Shown: positions 1 to 8,466, counted from the first letter of the stretch. The stretch is DNA of 32,000 nt from Hydrogenibacillus schlegelii (GCF_001653195.1 NZ_JXBB01000006.1:14592-46591), one strand, 5' to 3'. The notes: generated by a model from the sequence alone, not told the origin. A program made the numbers and translations.

Positions 1-377
1 TGCGTCCAGGCGTCGACGAGCCCCCGAAGGGCCTCGCCGGCCTCGCCGGCGCCGGCCAGCCAGGGCGCCGAAAAGACAAACCGCCCTTCCCGGGGCGAGA
101 GCACCGTCCAACGGCCGGGCAGGCCGTATGCTTCCGCGACTTCCGCCAGCCGGCCGAAGGGGTCGGCCGATCCGGGCGGGGTGCCCGGGTCCGGCAGGCG
201 GATGACCGCCGCCCAGCGGGGCGGACGGTCCGGCGTTCGGCCCGCCCCAGAAGGACGGAAAGAAGGGGCACCGTCTCCGGCGCCGGCGCGACGGTCGGCT
301 GTCAGGCGCTCCGGCGCGGCGGCGTCCGGGCGGGTAAAAACGGCGTCGTGCAGAAGTTCATGGTCCGAATCGCGCAA
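1..377 (-). CDS. hypothetical protein, N-terminal part only (gene continues past the left edge)
   Basis: Hand translation of the minus strand, in the frame with a codon at 377-375, is open down to position 1. It reads ...AAVIRLPDPGTPPGSADPFGRLAEVAEAYGLPGRWTVLSPREGRFVFSAPWLAGAGEAGEALRGLVDAWT. The only plausible start is TTG 377-375, behind a G-run. The plus ORF 181-414 shares its third codon positions but is Arg/Ser/Pro-rich junk. No family recognised. Confidence 0.3.
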   Translation of the reverse strand, partial: MRDSDHELLHDAVFTRPDAAAPERLTADRRAGAGDGAPSFRPSGAGRTPDRPPRWAAVIRLPDPGTPPGSADPFGRLAEVAEAYGLPGRWTVLSPREGRFVFSAPWLAGAGEAGEALRGLVDAWT

Positions 378-392
378 CGGGCCGGCCCCCCA

Positions 393-401
393 TGCTACAA
401 T
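393..401 (+). promoter_or_regulatory. extended -10 element (TGcTACAAT) upstream of the BMP-like gene
   Basis: TG at 393-394 and TACAAT at 396-401, about 40 nt upstream of ATG 439. No good -35 box. Confidence 0.35.
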
Positions 402-438
402 AAAGACCGGATGATGAACAAGGCAGGCGAGCGGCGGG

Positions 439-1503
439 ATGTTCAGACGCGGATCGACGAACGGTCGGACGGTCTTCTGGGCGCTGGCGGCGGTCGCGCT
501 GGGGCTTTTCGCGGGGGCCGCCGGGTTCCTCCTTGGCGATGCGAACCGTCGGGCGGACGGCGGAAGCGATTCGGCGAAGCGGCCGGCGGATCGGGCGCCG
601 CGGGTCGGCGTCCTCATCGAAGGGGCGATTTACGATCAGGGGTGGGACTCGGAAGCGTACGCCGCGCTTCAGGCGCTGGAGCGGCATTACGGGGCCGATG
701 TGGCGTTCGTGGAGTTTCACAATGCCGCGACGCCGGAAAAAATTGCCTCGGCCCTCGAACGCTTCATCGCGGAGGGGCGGACGCTCCTCATCGGCCACGG
801 AGCGGTCTTCGGCCCGGTGATCGAGGCGACGGCGCCGCACCATCCGGACGTGCAGTTTGTCTCGATCAACGGCCCGGCCGCCGAGGCGAACGTCGTGTCG
901 GTCCACTTTTCCGGCCGGACGATGGGCATTCTCGCCGGCGCGGCGGCGGCGCTCATGTCCCGCACGGGGATCGTCGGCATCGTCAGCGCCTATCCGGATC
1001 TTCCGGAAGTCGACGGTTTTCGGGCCGGCGCCCGGTACGTGCGGCCGGAGGCGGTCGTCCTCGCCCGGTCCGTCGGGAGCTGGGGCGACCGGCCGGCGGG
1101 GCGGGCGGCGGCGGAAGCCCTCATCCGGCAGGGGGCCGACGTCCTCTTTCCGGCCGGCGACGGGTTCAGCATCGACGTCATCGACGTCGCGCGGCGACAC
1201 GGTCGCTATGCGGTCGGCTTCATCATAGATCAATCGTTTATCGCCCGCAACGCGGTCATCACGAGCGTGACCCAGGACGTCCGACGGCTCTATACCGAGA
1301 TTTTCCTCCGGGCGAGGGACGGCTCGCTCGAGGCGCTCAGGGGCCGGGTGCTCGACGTCAAAAACGGCTACGAACGGCTTTCGGGGTTCGGGCCGATGGT
1401 GCCGAAGCCGGTGGCAGAAGCGGTGGAGCGGCTTTATGAGGCGCTTCGGACCGGAAAGCTCACGGAGGCGGACCTGGACGCAGGGGGCCGGAGGGCGTCG
1501 TGA
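439..1503 (+). CDS. BMP family (PnrA/Med-like) membrane-anchored substrate-binding protein
   Basis: 354 aa ORF with an N-terminal hydrophobic anchor (VFWALAAVALGLFAGAAGFLL). The body resembles Med/PnrA-type basic membrane proteins (GVLIEGAIYDQGWDSEAY..., FVSINGP..., GIVGIVSAYPDLPEV). The TGA stop overlaps the GTG start of the next gene. Confidence 0.8.
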   Translation: MFRRGSTNGRTVFWALAAVALGLFAGAAGFLLGDANRRADGGSDSAKRPADRAPRVGVLIEGAIYDQGWDSEAYAALQALERHYGADVAFVEFHNAATPEKIASALERFIAEGRTLLIGHGAVFGPVIEATAPHHPDVQFVSINGPAAEANVVSVHFSGRTMGILAGAAAALMSRTGIVGIVSAYPDLPEVDGFRAGARYVRPEAVVLARSVGSWGDRPAGRAAAEALIRQGADVLFPAGDGFSIDVIDVARRHGRYAVGFIIDQSFIARNAVITSVTQDVRRLYTEIFLRARDGSLEALRGRVLDVKNGYERLSGFGPMVPKPVAEAVERLYEALRTGKLTEADLDAGGRRAS

Positions 1504-3524
1504 GGGGATGGGGTCGGCGGCTTTTTCGCCGCTGGTACGATCTTCCCCTGGCGGGGAAACTCGGCGTCACCCTCGGCACCGTGGCCAGCGGAGCGCTTTT
1601 GTCGACGGCCGTCTCCGTCGTCCTGGCGCTCAAGGTCTGGCAGGCGTACGATCGGGTGCTGGAGGCGGAGCACGTCTGGTTCTGGGAGATGGAGTACAAA
1701 AACACCGTCTACGCCCGCCTCCACGACGTGACGAGCTACATCGCCACCGGCGATCGGACGTACCGGGAGGCCTTCGAAGCGTCCGCGGCCCGGGTGCACG
1801 ACCTGGAGCGGGCGCTCTTTGCGGCGACCCGGGGCAGCGAGCGGGCGGCGCTCGTCGCTTTTTTTTACGATCAGCGGTCGTTTGATTTTATCCTCCGAAA
1901 CCGGGTCATCCCGGTCTACGAGCTCGGCAACTTTGAAGACGCCTGGAAGACGCTGCTTACGGATGCGGAGAAAGAGGCGAGGAAGCTCCTCGCTCGGCTG
2001 GAGGCGTTCAGCCGGGACAAGGAGGCGGAGATCCAGCGCCTCGTCGTCGAAACGGCGGCCGACGCCCGCCGCTCGGCGGTGGCGCTCGCCGTCCTCTGGA
2101 GCGCCCAGCTCATCCTCGCCGTCGCCGCCGGCGTCGTCCTTTTTCGGACGATCCAGCGGCCGGTCGACCGGCTCCGGGAGGCGGCGGCGCGGCTCGAACA
2201 GGGCGCCTTCGACGTCCGGGTCGGTCTCGGCCGGCGGGACGAGTTCGGCGTGCTGGCCGACGCCTTCGACGCCATGGGCGAGCGGCTCCGGCAGCTCGTC
2301 GAAGCGCTTCGGACGGCGAACGCCTATCTCGCCGAAGAAAGCGCCCGGGCGAAGGCGGCCGACCGGGCGAAATCGGAATTTCTCGCCATGATCTCCCACG
2401 AGCTTCGGACGCCCCTCGGCGGGATCATCGGGTTTTCCGAGCTTCTCCTGGACGAGCGGGCCGGAGCGCTCACGGAGAAGCAAAAGGCCTACCTCCGGCG
2501 GATCCTCTCGAGCGGCCGACATCTCCTCGCGCTCATCAACGACCTCCTCGACCTCTCCAAAGCGGAGGCGGGGGCGATGGACCTCATCCGGGAGGAGGTC
2601 GAGCTGGAGCCGTTTTTCCGGGAGGCGCTCGACGTCGTCACGGCCCGGGCGGAAAAAGGCGGCGTCACCCTCGGGCTTCGGCTGAGCACCCGCCGGAGGC
2701 GCTTTTGCTTCGACCCGGTGCGGATGCGACAGGTGATGTTCAACCTGCTTTCCAACGCGGTCAAATTCACGCCGGCCGGCGGCTCGGTGACGGTCGTCGT
2801 CCGGGACGAAGGGGACGCCCTTGCCGTCGACGTGATCGACACGGGGATCGGCATCCGGCCGGAAGCGCTGGAGCGGATTTTTCTTCCGTTTGTCCAGGAA
2901 GAGCCGGCGATCGGCCGGCGGTACGAAGGAACCGGTCTCGGCTTAAGCCTCACCAAGCGGCTGGTGGAGCTCCACGGCGGCCGGATTACCGTCGAAAGCG
3001 CGCCGGGCAAAGGATCCCGCTTTACGGTCGTTTTGCCGGAGGGGCCGTGTGAGGCGCCGCGGAAGGCGCCGGAGGCGCCCCGGTCGGCCGACCGACCGGC
3101 GCCGCGGAGGCGCCTCATCCTCGCCGGCCTCCCCCCGCTCGTCGCCGAAGCGCTCGCCCGCCGGTTCGAGGCGGCGGGCCATGCGGTCGAGGTGACGGCG
3201 GCGCTTCTTTCGCCTGCGGCCGCGGAGGCGCCGGCGGTGTTCGTTCTCGGCCTGGACCGGGACGGGGGCGCCGTGGCGGGGCCGGCCGACGGCGCGCCGG
3301 CGGATCCGGAGGCGGCCGTCCGGCCGGTGCGGGCGCTCGCCGAGGCGGGGCACCGGGTCGTGCTCGCGACGCGGCGTCCGCTTACGCTGGCGGAAAAGGC
3401 CCGCCTCCTTCGGTGGGCGAAGGCGATCGTGCCGCCGGAGGTGGAGGCGATCGCCCGGGCGATCGAGACGCAGTGGGAAGGGGGGAACGGCCGTGGCGCG
3501 GATCCTCATCGTCGAGGACAATGA
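1500..3524 (+). CDS. sensor histidine kinase: CHASE3-like sensor, TM, HAMP, HisKA, HATPase_c and a C-terminal degenerate receiver-like region
   Basis: 674 aa. CHASE3-like stretch SYIATGDRTYREAFEAS lies between two hydrophobic segments. HAMP (RPVDRLREAAARLEQGAFDVRV...DEFGVLADAFDAM), H-box (SHELRTPL), N/G boxes (LLSNAVKFTP, DTGIGI, GTGLGLSL). About 150 aa of extra C-terminal sequence. Confidence 0.9.
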   Translation: MRGWGRRLFRRWYDLPLAGKLGVTLGTVASGALLSTAVSVVLALKVWQAYDRVLEAEHVWFWEMEYKNTVYARLHDVTSYIATGDRTYREAFEASAARVHDLERALFAATRGSERAALVAFFYDQRSFDFILRNRVIPVYELGNFEDAWKTLLTDAEKEARKLLARLEAFSRDKEAEIQRLVVETAADARRSAVALAVLWSAQLILAVAAGVVLFRTIQRPVDRLREAAARLEQGAFDVRVGLGRRDEFGVLADAFDAMGERLRQLVEALRTANAYLAEESARAKAADRAKSEFLAMISHELRTPLGGIIGFSELLLDERAGALTEKQKAYLRRILSSGRHLLALINDLLDLSKAEAGAMDLIREEVELEPFFREALDVVTARAEKGGVTLGLRLSTRRRRFCFDPVRMRQVMFNLLSNAVKFTPAGGSVTVVVRDEGDALAVDVIDTGIGIRPEALERIFLPFVQEEPAIGRRYEGTGLGLSLTKRLVELHGGRITVESAPGKGSRFTVVLPEGPCEAPRKAPEAPRSADRPAPRRRLILAGLPPLVAEALARRFEAAGHAVEVTAALLSPAAAEAPAVFVLGLDRDGGAVAGPADGAPADPEAAVRPVRALAEAGHRVVLATRRPLTLAEKARLLRWAKAIVPPEVEAIARAIETQWEGGNGRGADPHRRGQ

Positions 3525-3972
3525 GACGAACGCGCTTCTGTTCAGCGACGTGCTGGCGGCGGAAGGGCACGCCGTCGAGGTGGCGCCGGACGGGGAGACG
3601 GCCCTCGCCCGCCTGGAGGCGGAGGTGTACGACCTCATCCTCCTCGACATCCACCTGCCCGAGATGGACGGCCTCGCGATCGCTCGGGCGCTTCGGTCGA
3701 CGCCGGCGTTTGACGGCGTCCCGATCGTGGCGCTGTCGGCCTTCGCCACCGAGCGGGAGATTCGGGAGGCGTACGCCGCCGGCTTTGACGACTACCTGAC
3801 GAAGCCGATCGACGTCCGGACGCTCGTCGCCGCCGTAAGCCGCCACCTTCGCTCCGGCCGGATCACCGTCCCGGAAAAAGGCCGGCCGGCGGCCGAGGCC
3901 CCGGAACCCGGGGCCGGAGGAGGCGAAGGGGCCGGGCCGTCCGCCGGGAGGGTTCGGGATGAGGCGCCTTGA
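3493..3972 (+). CDS. single-domain response regulator (CheY-like receiver) with a Pro/Gly/Ala-rich tail
   Basis: 159 aa. ARILIVEDNETN...DLILLDIHLPEMDG...PIVALSA...DDYLTKP is a canonical REC. GTG start at 3493 sits behind GGGAAGGGGGG and lies inside the 3' end of the kinase gene. Confidence 0.9.
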   Translation: MARILIVEDNETNALLFSDVLAAEGHAVEVAPDGETALARLEAEVYDLILLDIHLPEMDGLAIARALRSTPAFDGVPIVALSAFATEREIREAYAAGFDDYLTKPIDVRTLVAAVSRHLRSGRITVPEKGRPAAEAPEPGAGGGEGAGPSAGRVRDEAP

Positions 3973-4180
3973 GACCGCCGCGGACGTCCGGGCGCTCCTC
4001 CGGCGGTTCGGAGCGATCTTCTACACCGGCGACCCCCTCGGGGAGATCGAACTGATGCGGGAGGAGCTGCGGGAGCTTTTTCAGGCCGGCCTGATCGACC
4101 GCGAGACGCTTCGGGCGGCGCTCGAGGCGCTCCGGCGCCGGGAGGCGGACCTCATCGCGGACCGGGATGAGGAGCGGTGA
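3959..4180 (+). CDS. YqgQ family (DUF910) small protein
   Basis: 73 aa. LLRRFGAIFYTGDPLGEIELMREELRELFQAGLID matches my memory of B. subtilis YqgQ (FG..IY.GDR..DIE.M..EL..LY.AGL.D). ATG follows GGGAGG and overlaps the end of the regulator gene. Confidence 0.7.
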   Translation: MRRLETAADVRALLRRFGAIFYTGDPLGEIELMREELRELFQAGLIDRETLRAALEALRRREADLIADRDEER

Positions 4181-4221
4181 GGCCGTGCGCTCTTTGGCGT
4201 CGGAGGGAAGGGGTCGAAGGC

Positions 4222-4262
4222 AAAAAACCGCCCTCCGCGCACCGGCGGTGCGCGGAGGGCGG
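4222..4262 (-). terminator. rho-independent terminator for the minus-strand oxidoreductase gene (also a hairpin at the end of the plus-strand operon)
   Basis: Perfect 16-bp arms CCGCCCTCCGCGCACC (4228-4243) and GGTGCGCGGAGGGCGG (4247-4262). A6 at 4222-4227 reads as T6 after the stem on the minus strand. Confidence 0.75.
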
Positions 4263-4333
4263 TGCCGGTCGGCCGACCCGGGATCCTTCGGACGGCAGTG
4301 CCGGTCGGCCGACCCGGGATCCGTCGGACGGCT
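4262..4333. repeat. 2 x 36-bp tandem direct repeat, each unit internally palindromic
   Basis: Units 4262-4297 and 4298-4333 (GTGCCGGTCGGCCGACCCGGGATCC[T/G]TCGGACGGC[A/T]) differ at 2 positions. Each contains the perfect palindrome GGTCGGCCGACC. Confidence 0.9.
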
Positions 4334-4992
4334 TACCGGATGGCGGCGAGGACCTTTTGCAGGACGACCTGCTCCGGGACGGCGCCTTCCTGTTCTTCGA
4401 CGTCGTTGATGACGGTCTTCGGCACGCCGTAGACGTTGTACTGGCTGGCGAGCTCGGGGAATTCGGTCGCCTCGACCATGTCGGCGCGGATCTTCGGGTG
4501 GACCATGGCCATAAAGTGCGCGATCCGGACCGCCCGCGGGCAGTACGGGCACGTCGGGGTGACGAAGACCTGGATGTGAACGTCTTTGTCGACTTCGGCG
4601 AGGAGCTTCTCCACCGTCTTTGGCGACAGGCCGTGGGTGCCCTTGCCGAGGTCGACGATGTCTTCGATGAGCGTCGTAAATTCATACCCCGACGGGATGC
4701 CGTAGAAGCGGACGCCGGTGTCTTCGCCGTCTTCCCGGGTGAAGACGATCGCCGGCGCCTTGTCGACGCCGTACCGGGCGGCGACGTCGCCGGACGCGGG
4801 GTCGTCCAGCCGGTAGACCTGAAGATGGAGCTTGTCGGTGAGCTCCGCGAGTTCTTCCAGGATTTGCTTCGTCGCCTCGCCGTATTCCTTGTTCTCGGCT
4901 TCGCTCCAGAAAAAGACGACGTGAACCGGGTTCGTCATCTGGCCGAACCAGTCCCGGATCGTCTCTTTGTCCTTCTCGGCGATGATGCCCAT
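4333..4992 (-). CDS. glutaredoxin-like / protein-disulfide-oxidoreductase (PDO)-like thioredoxin-fold protein
   Basis: Two thioredoxin-like halves with a single CPYC site in the C-terminal half (VFVTPTCPYCPRAV). ATG at 4992 follows GAGGAG. The track's GTG at 5001 lies inside that SD, so it is less likely. Confidence 0.8.
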   Translation of the reverse strand: MGIIAEKDKETIRDWFGQMTNPVHVVFFWSEAENKEYGEATKQILEELAELTDKLHLQVYRLDDPASGDVAARYGVDKAPAIVFTREDGEDTGVRFYGIPSGYEFTTLIEDIVDLGKGTHGLSPKTVEKLLAEVDKDVHIQVFVTPTCPYCPRAVRIAHFMAMVHPKIRADMVEATEFPELASQYNVYGVPKTVINDVEEQEGAVPEQVVLQKVLAAIR

Positions 4993-5249
4993 CCATCTCA
5001 CTCCTCAAATGAGTTGTGGAAACCGGGATTTCGAACGGCATACCTTGGACCGTAATCCATCGTACTATATTTTCCACAGAAGCACAAGGGGGGAAGAGCG
5101 CAAGGGGCGCTCGGTCGTTCCATCCCCCGGCTTTGTTTCGACCCGGCCCGGTTTCGACGCGGACGGAACGGATGCTCCCGGCGGCGCGGCGTGCTACAAT
5201 GAAGGCGGTGCCGAAAAACGCCAACGACGACTTGAAACGGAGGCCGGCG

Positions 5250-6356
5250 ATGAACGACCAGACCCCTTGCGCCGGGCCGGGTGCAGTGCCCGGCTTGCCG
5301 TACGATGAAGCGTTGTTTCGGCAATTGATCGAAGCGCCGGGAGCGCCCGGGTTTGAAGGCGAGGTGCGCCGGGTCGTCGAGGCGGCCCTCGCCGGAGCGG
5401 CCGACCGGATGATCCGGGATCGGCTCGGAAGCCTCTTCGGGGTGCTGGACGGACCGGAAGGCGGCCCGACGGTGATGGTCGCCGGGCACCTCGACGAGGT
5501 GGCCCTTATGGTGACCGAGGTGACGGACGACGGCCTCCTCAAGGTGACGGCGCTCGGCGGCATTTACGAGCCGGTGCTCTTGGCGCAGCGGGTGTTCGTC
5601 CTCGGCCGGAACGGGGCCGTTCCCGGGGTGATCGGCGCGCCGCCGCCCCACGGCCTGTCGGAGGAGGCCCGGCGGGAGGCGCCGCAGCTCGAGCGGATGT
5701 TCGTCGACGTCGGCGCGGCCTCCCGGGAGGACGTCCGGGCTTTTGGCATTCGCCCCGGGGACCCGGTCGTGTTCCCCGGCGTCTACACCCCCTCGTGGAG
5801 CGGCCGGCGGGTGCTGGCCAAGGCGTGGGACAATCGCTTCGGCGTCGGGCTCGCCGTCGAACTCCTTCGGGCGCTTCGCGATCGACCCCGGGTGAATACC
5901 GTCGTCGCCGGGGCGACGGTGCAGGAAGAGGTCGGCCTCAGGGGGGCCGAGACGGCCGCCCGCCTCGTGCGCCCGGACGTTTTCTTCGCCCTCGACGCCG
6001 GCCCGGCCGGCGACATGCCCGGCGGAAGCGGCCTCGGCCGCCTCGGCGGCGGGGTCCTCATGCGGGTGATGGACCGAACGATGGTCACCCACCGGCGGCT
6101 TCTCGATTACCTCCTCGACCTGGCCGAGGCGGAAGGGATTCCGTACCAGTTTTTCGTCTCCCGGGGCGGAACCGACGCCGGCCGGGTGCACACGATGGGG
6201 ATCGGCGTGCCCTCGGCGGTGATCGGCATCCCGGCCCGCTACATTCACGGCCCCGTCGCGATCATCGACCTCGACGACTATCGGGCGGCGAAGCGGCTTC
6301 TCATCGCGGCCGTCTCCCGCCTCGACCGGGCGACGCTGGAGGCGATCGTCGGGTGA
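5250..6356 (+). CDS. M42 family metallo-aminopeptidase (YsdC/FrvX-like)
   Basis: MVAGHLDEVALMVTEV, WDNRFG, EEVGLRGA, FFALDAGPAGD and GGTDAG are typical M42 motifs. ATG 5250 follows GGAGG (5239-5243). The upstream part of the 5016 ORF looks non-coding. Confidence 0.85.
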   Translation: MNDQTPCAGPGAVPGLPYDEALFRQLIEAPGAPGFEGEVRRVVEAALAGAADRMIRDRLGSLFGVLDGPEGGPTVMVAGHLDEVALMVTEVTDDGLLKVTALGGIYEPVLLAQRVFVLGRNGAVPGVIGAPPPHGLSEEARREAPQLERMFVDVGAASREDVRAFGIRPGDPVVFPGVYTPSWSGRRVLAKAWDNRFGVGLAVELLRALRDRPRVNTVVAGATVQEEVGLRGAETAARLVRPDVFFALDAGPAGDMPGGSGLGRLGGGVLMRVMDRTMVTHRRLLDYLLDLAEAEGIPYQFFVSRGGTDAGRVHTMGIGVPSAVIGIPARYIHGPVAIIDLDDYRAAKRLLIAAVSRLDRATLEAIVG

Positions 6357-7228
6357 CGGGCCGGATTTTGAAAAACGACTGGCACGACGTCCTCGGGCCG
6401 GAGTTCGAAAAGCCGTATTATCAGGCGCTCCGCCGTTTTCTCATCGAGGAGTACCGCTCGACGACGGTCTATCCCGACATGTATGATATCTACAATGCCT
6501 TCCACTATACGCCGTATGCGTCGGTGAAAGTCGTCATCCTCGGCCAGGATCCTTACCCCGGGCCGAATCAGGCCCACGGCCTCGCCTTTTCCGTCCGGCC
6601 GGGGGTGGAGGTGCCGCCGTCTCTGGCCAACATATTTAAGGAGCTGGAGGCGGACCTCGGTCTTCCCCGGCCGAAGCACGGCCACCTCGTCCACTGGGCG
6701 CGGCAGGGGGTGCTCCTTCTCAATGCGGTGCTGACGGTCCGTGCCGGGCAGCCGGGATCGCACCGGGGAAAGGGCTGGGAAAAGCTGACGGACGCGGCGA
6801 TCGCCGCCCTCGGGGCGCGGCCGGTGCCGACGGTGTTCTTTCTCTGGGGGCGGGACGCCCAGGCGAAGCGGCCGCTCATCACGTATCCGGGCCACCTCGT
6901 GCTCACGGCGCCGCATCCGAGCCCGCTTTCGGCGGCGCGGGGATTTTTCGGCTCGCGGCCGTTTTCCAAAGCCAACCAGTTCCTCGAGGCGGTCGGCCGG
7001 GGCCTGATCGACTGGCGCCTGCCGGAGACGCCGGAGGCGGACGAAGCGCCGGAGCGCCCGGGGCGCGGGGCGCCGGCCGCCCGATCGGCGGCGCGCCGGC
7101 CGGACGGGGCGGGCGGCGGAGAGGCGATCGGCGGGCCGTCCGGCGGTTTGGGTTCCGGCGACGGGGCGCGTCCGGCCGCGCATCCGAGCGCCGGGTCGGT
7201 CGGCGGAGAAGGGAGACGATGGGGATGA
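6353..7228 (+). CDS. ung: uracil-DNA glycosylase (family 1) with a ~65 aa low-complexity C-terminal extension
   Basis: VVILGQDPYPGPNQAHGLAFSV (water-activating loop), VLLLNAVLTV and LTAPHPSPLSA (His-Pro-Ser-Pro-Leu-Ser leucine loop). GTG 6353 overlaps the peptidase stop (GTGA). Confidence 0.9.
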   Translation: MTGRILKNDWHDVLGPEFEKPYYQALRRFLIEEYRSTTVYPDMYDIYNAFHYTPYASVKVVILGQDPYPGPNQAHGLAFSVRPGVEVPPSLANIFKELEADLGLPRPKHGHLVHWARQGVLLLNAVLTVRAGQPGSHRGKGWEKLTDAAIAALGARPVPTVFFLWGRDAQAKRPLITYPGHLVLTAPHPSPLSAARGFFGSRPFSKANQFLEAVGRGLIDWRLPETPEADEAPERPGRGAPAARSAARRPDGAGGGEAIGGPSGGLGSGDGARPAAHPSAGSVGGEGRRWG

Positions 7229-8073
7229 TCACGGAAGGGGCGCTTCAGGCGTATCTCGCCTTTGCCCGCACGCTGGCGGAAGAGGCGGGGGCGCTCATCC
7301 GGGAGCGGCTTCTTCAGCTGGAGGCGGGCGAGGCGCTTCAGATCGGGACGAAGAGCGGCCCGAGCGACCTCGTGACGGAAGTCGACCGGGCGGTGGAAGC
7401 GCACGTCGTCCGGCGCATCCGGGCAGCGTATCCCGACCACGGCGTCCTCGGCGAGGAAGGGACCGACGCGGCCGGGTCGCCGGAAGCCGCCGGACTGCGC
7501 TGGGTGATCGACCCGATCGACGGGACGACGAACTTCGTCCATCAAAAGGTGAATTTCTGCGTATCGATCGCCCTCTACGCCGGCGACGAGGGGCTCGTCG
7601 GCGTCGTCTACGATCCGATGCGGGAAGAACGCTTTACGGCGGTCCGCGGGGGCGGCGCCGCCTTAAACGGCCGTCCGCTCCGGCTGAACGGCGCAAAAGG
7701 GCTTTCGGAAAGCCTGATCGGAACGAGCCTCACGTGGGTGCGCCGGGCGAGACAGACGGGCCTCGTCGAACCCGTCTGGCGCCTCGCCGAGCGATCCCGG
7801 GGGCTCCGCTCGCTCGGCGCCGCGGCGCTGGAGGCGGCGTACGTCGCCGCCGGGCGCCTCGATGCGTTTTTGAGCCTGACGCTCTCTCCGTGGGACTTTG
7901 CCGCGGCCAAGCTCATCGTCGAGGAAGCGGGCGGGACGGTGGTGGACTTTGCCGGGCGGCCGGTCGGGCTGAAGCGCCCGGAGCTCGGCTTTCTGGCCGC
8001 GCATCCGTCCCTCGTCGGGCCGATCCTCGAGGTGCTCCGGCCGTGGGTGCGGTCGCAGCAGGAAGTCAGCTGA
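7219..8073 (+). CDS. inositol monophosphatase family protein (SuhB-like)
   Basis: 284 aa with GEEG, WVIDPIDGTTNFVH and WDFAAAKLIVEEAGG motifs. Start overlaps the ung stop. Confidence 0.85.
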   Translation: MGMITEGALQAYLAFARTLAEEAGALIRERLLQLEAGEALQIGTKSGPSDLVTEVDRAVEAHVVRRIRAAYPDHGVLGEEGTDAAGSPEAAGLRWVIDPIDGTTNFVHQKVNFCVSIALYAGDEGLVGVVYDPMREERFTAVRGGGAALNGRPLRLNGAKGLSESLIGTSLTWVRRARQTGLVEPVWRLAERSRGLRSLGAAALEAAYVAAGRLDAFLSLTLSPWDFAAAKLIVEEAGGTVVDFAGRPVGLKRPELGFLAAHPSLVGPILEVLRPWVRSQQEVS

Positions 8074-8127
8074 GGCGAGAAAGGGGACAACGCCGGGGTA
8101 TATGTGATTATTACATTACCCGAAGGG

Positions 8128-8156
8128 TTGATTTTTCCCGGGGGCCGTGATACATT
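8128..8156 (+). promoter_or_regulatory. sigma-A-type promoter of the tRNA/rnpB cluster
   Basis: TTGATT (8128-8133), 17-nt spacer, TGaTACATT (TG 8148-8149, hexamer 8151-8156). It lies ~60 nt upstream of the first tRNA. Confidence 0.6.
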
Positions 8157-8214
8157 AAGCATTGTCGCGGCGGTCCGGTGCGATGGCCGGACGATCCGAG
8201 GCCGCCATCGGTGT

Positions 8215-8290
8215 GGGGCCGTAGCTCAGCTGGGAGAGCGCGTGAATGGCATTCACGAGGTCGGCGGTTCGATCCCGCTCGGCTCCACCA
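8215..8290 (+). tRNA. tRNA-Ala (anticodon GGC)
   Basis: 76-nt cloverleaf folded by hand. Has the G3:U70 Ala identity pair, anticodon loop ATGGCAT, A73 and encoded CCA. Confidence 0.93.
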
Positions 8291-8370
8291 TTTCTGTTTG
8301 GCTTTTCATTCACAAGCGGCGTTTCTCATCCTGCGAGCCTCGGGCGGGGCTTTTTGCGTCTTGGTGACGT

Positions 8371-8463
8371 GGAGTGATACCCAAGTGGTGAAGGGGACGG
8401 TTTGCTAAACCGTTAGTGGGCCCCAAAGGCCCAGCGTGGGTTCGAATCCCACTCACTCCACCA
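8371..8463 (+). tRNA. tRNA-Ser (anticodon GCT)
   Basis: 93 nt with a long variable arm (GTGGGCCCCAAAGGCCCAGC), anticodon loop TTGCTAA, T-loop GGTTCGAATCC and encoded CCA. Confidence 0.92.
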
Positions 8464-8466
8464 GAT

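Noticed and set aside
4262-4333. Possible miniature CRISPR array (two 36-bp repeats)
   Set aside because: The two units are directly adjacent with no spacer between them. There are only two copies, and they abut a stop codon and a terminator. This is tandem duplication of a palindromic element, not a repeat-spacer array.
5016-5249. Longer start (5016) for the M42 peptidase
   Set aside because: The extra 78 residues are Arg/Pro/Ser-rich and overlap the divergent oxidoreductase promoter region. ATG 5250 has a GGAGG SD, and M42 homology starts just after it.
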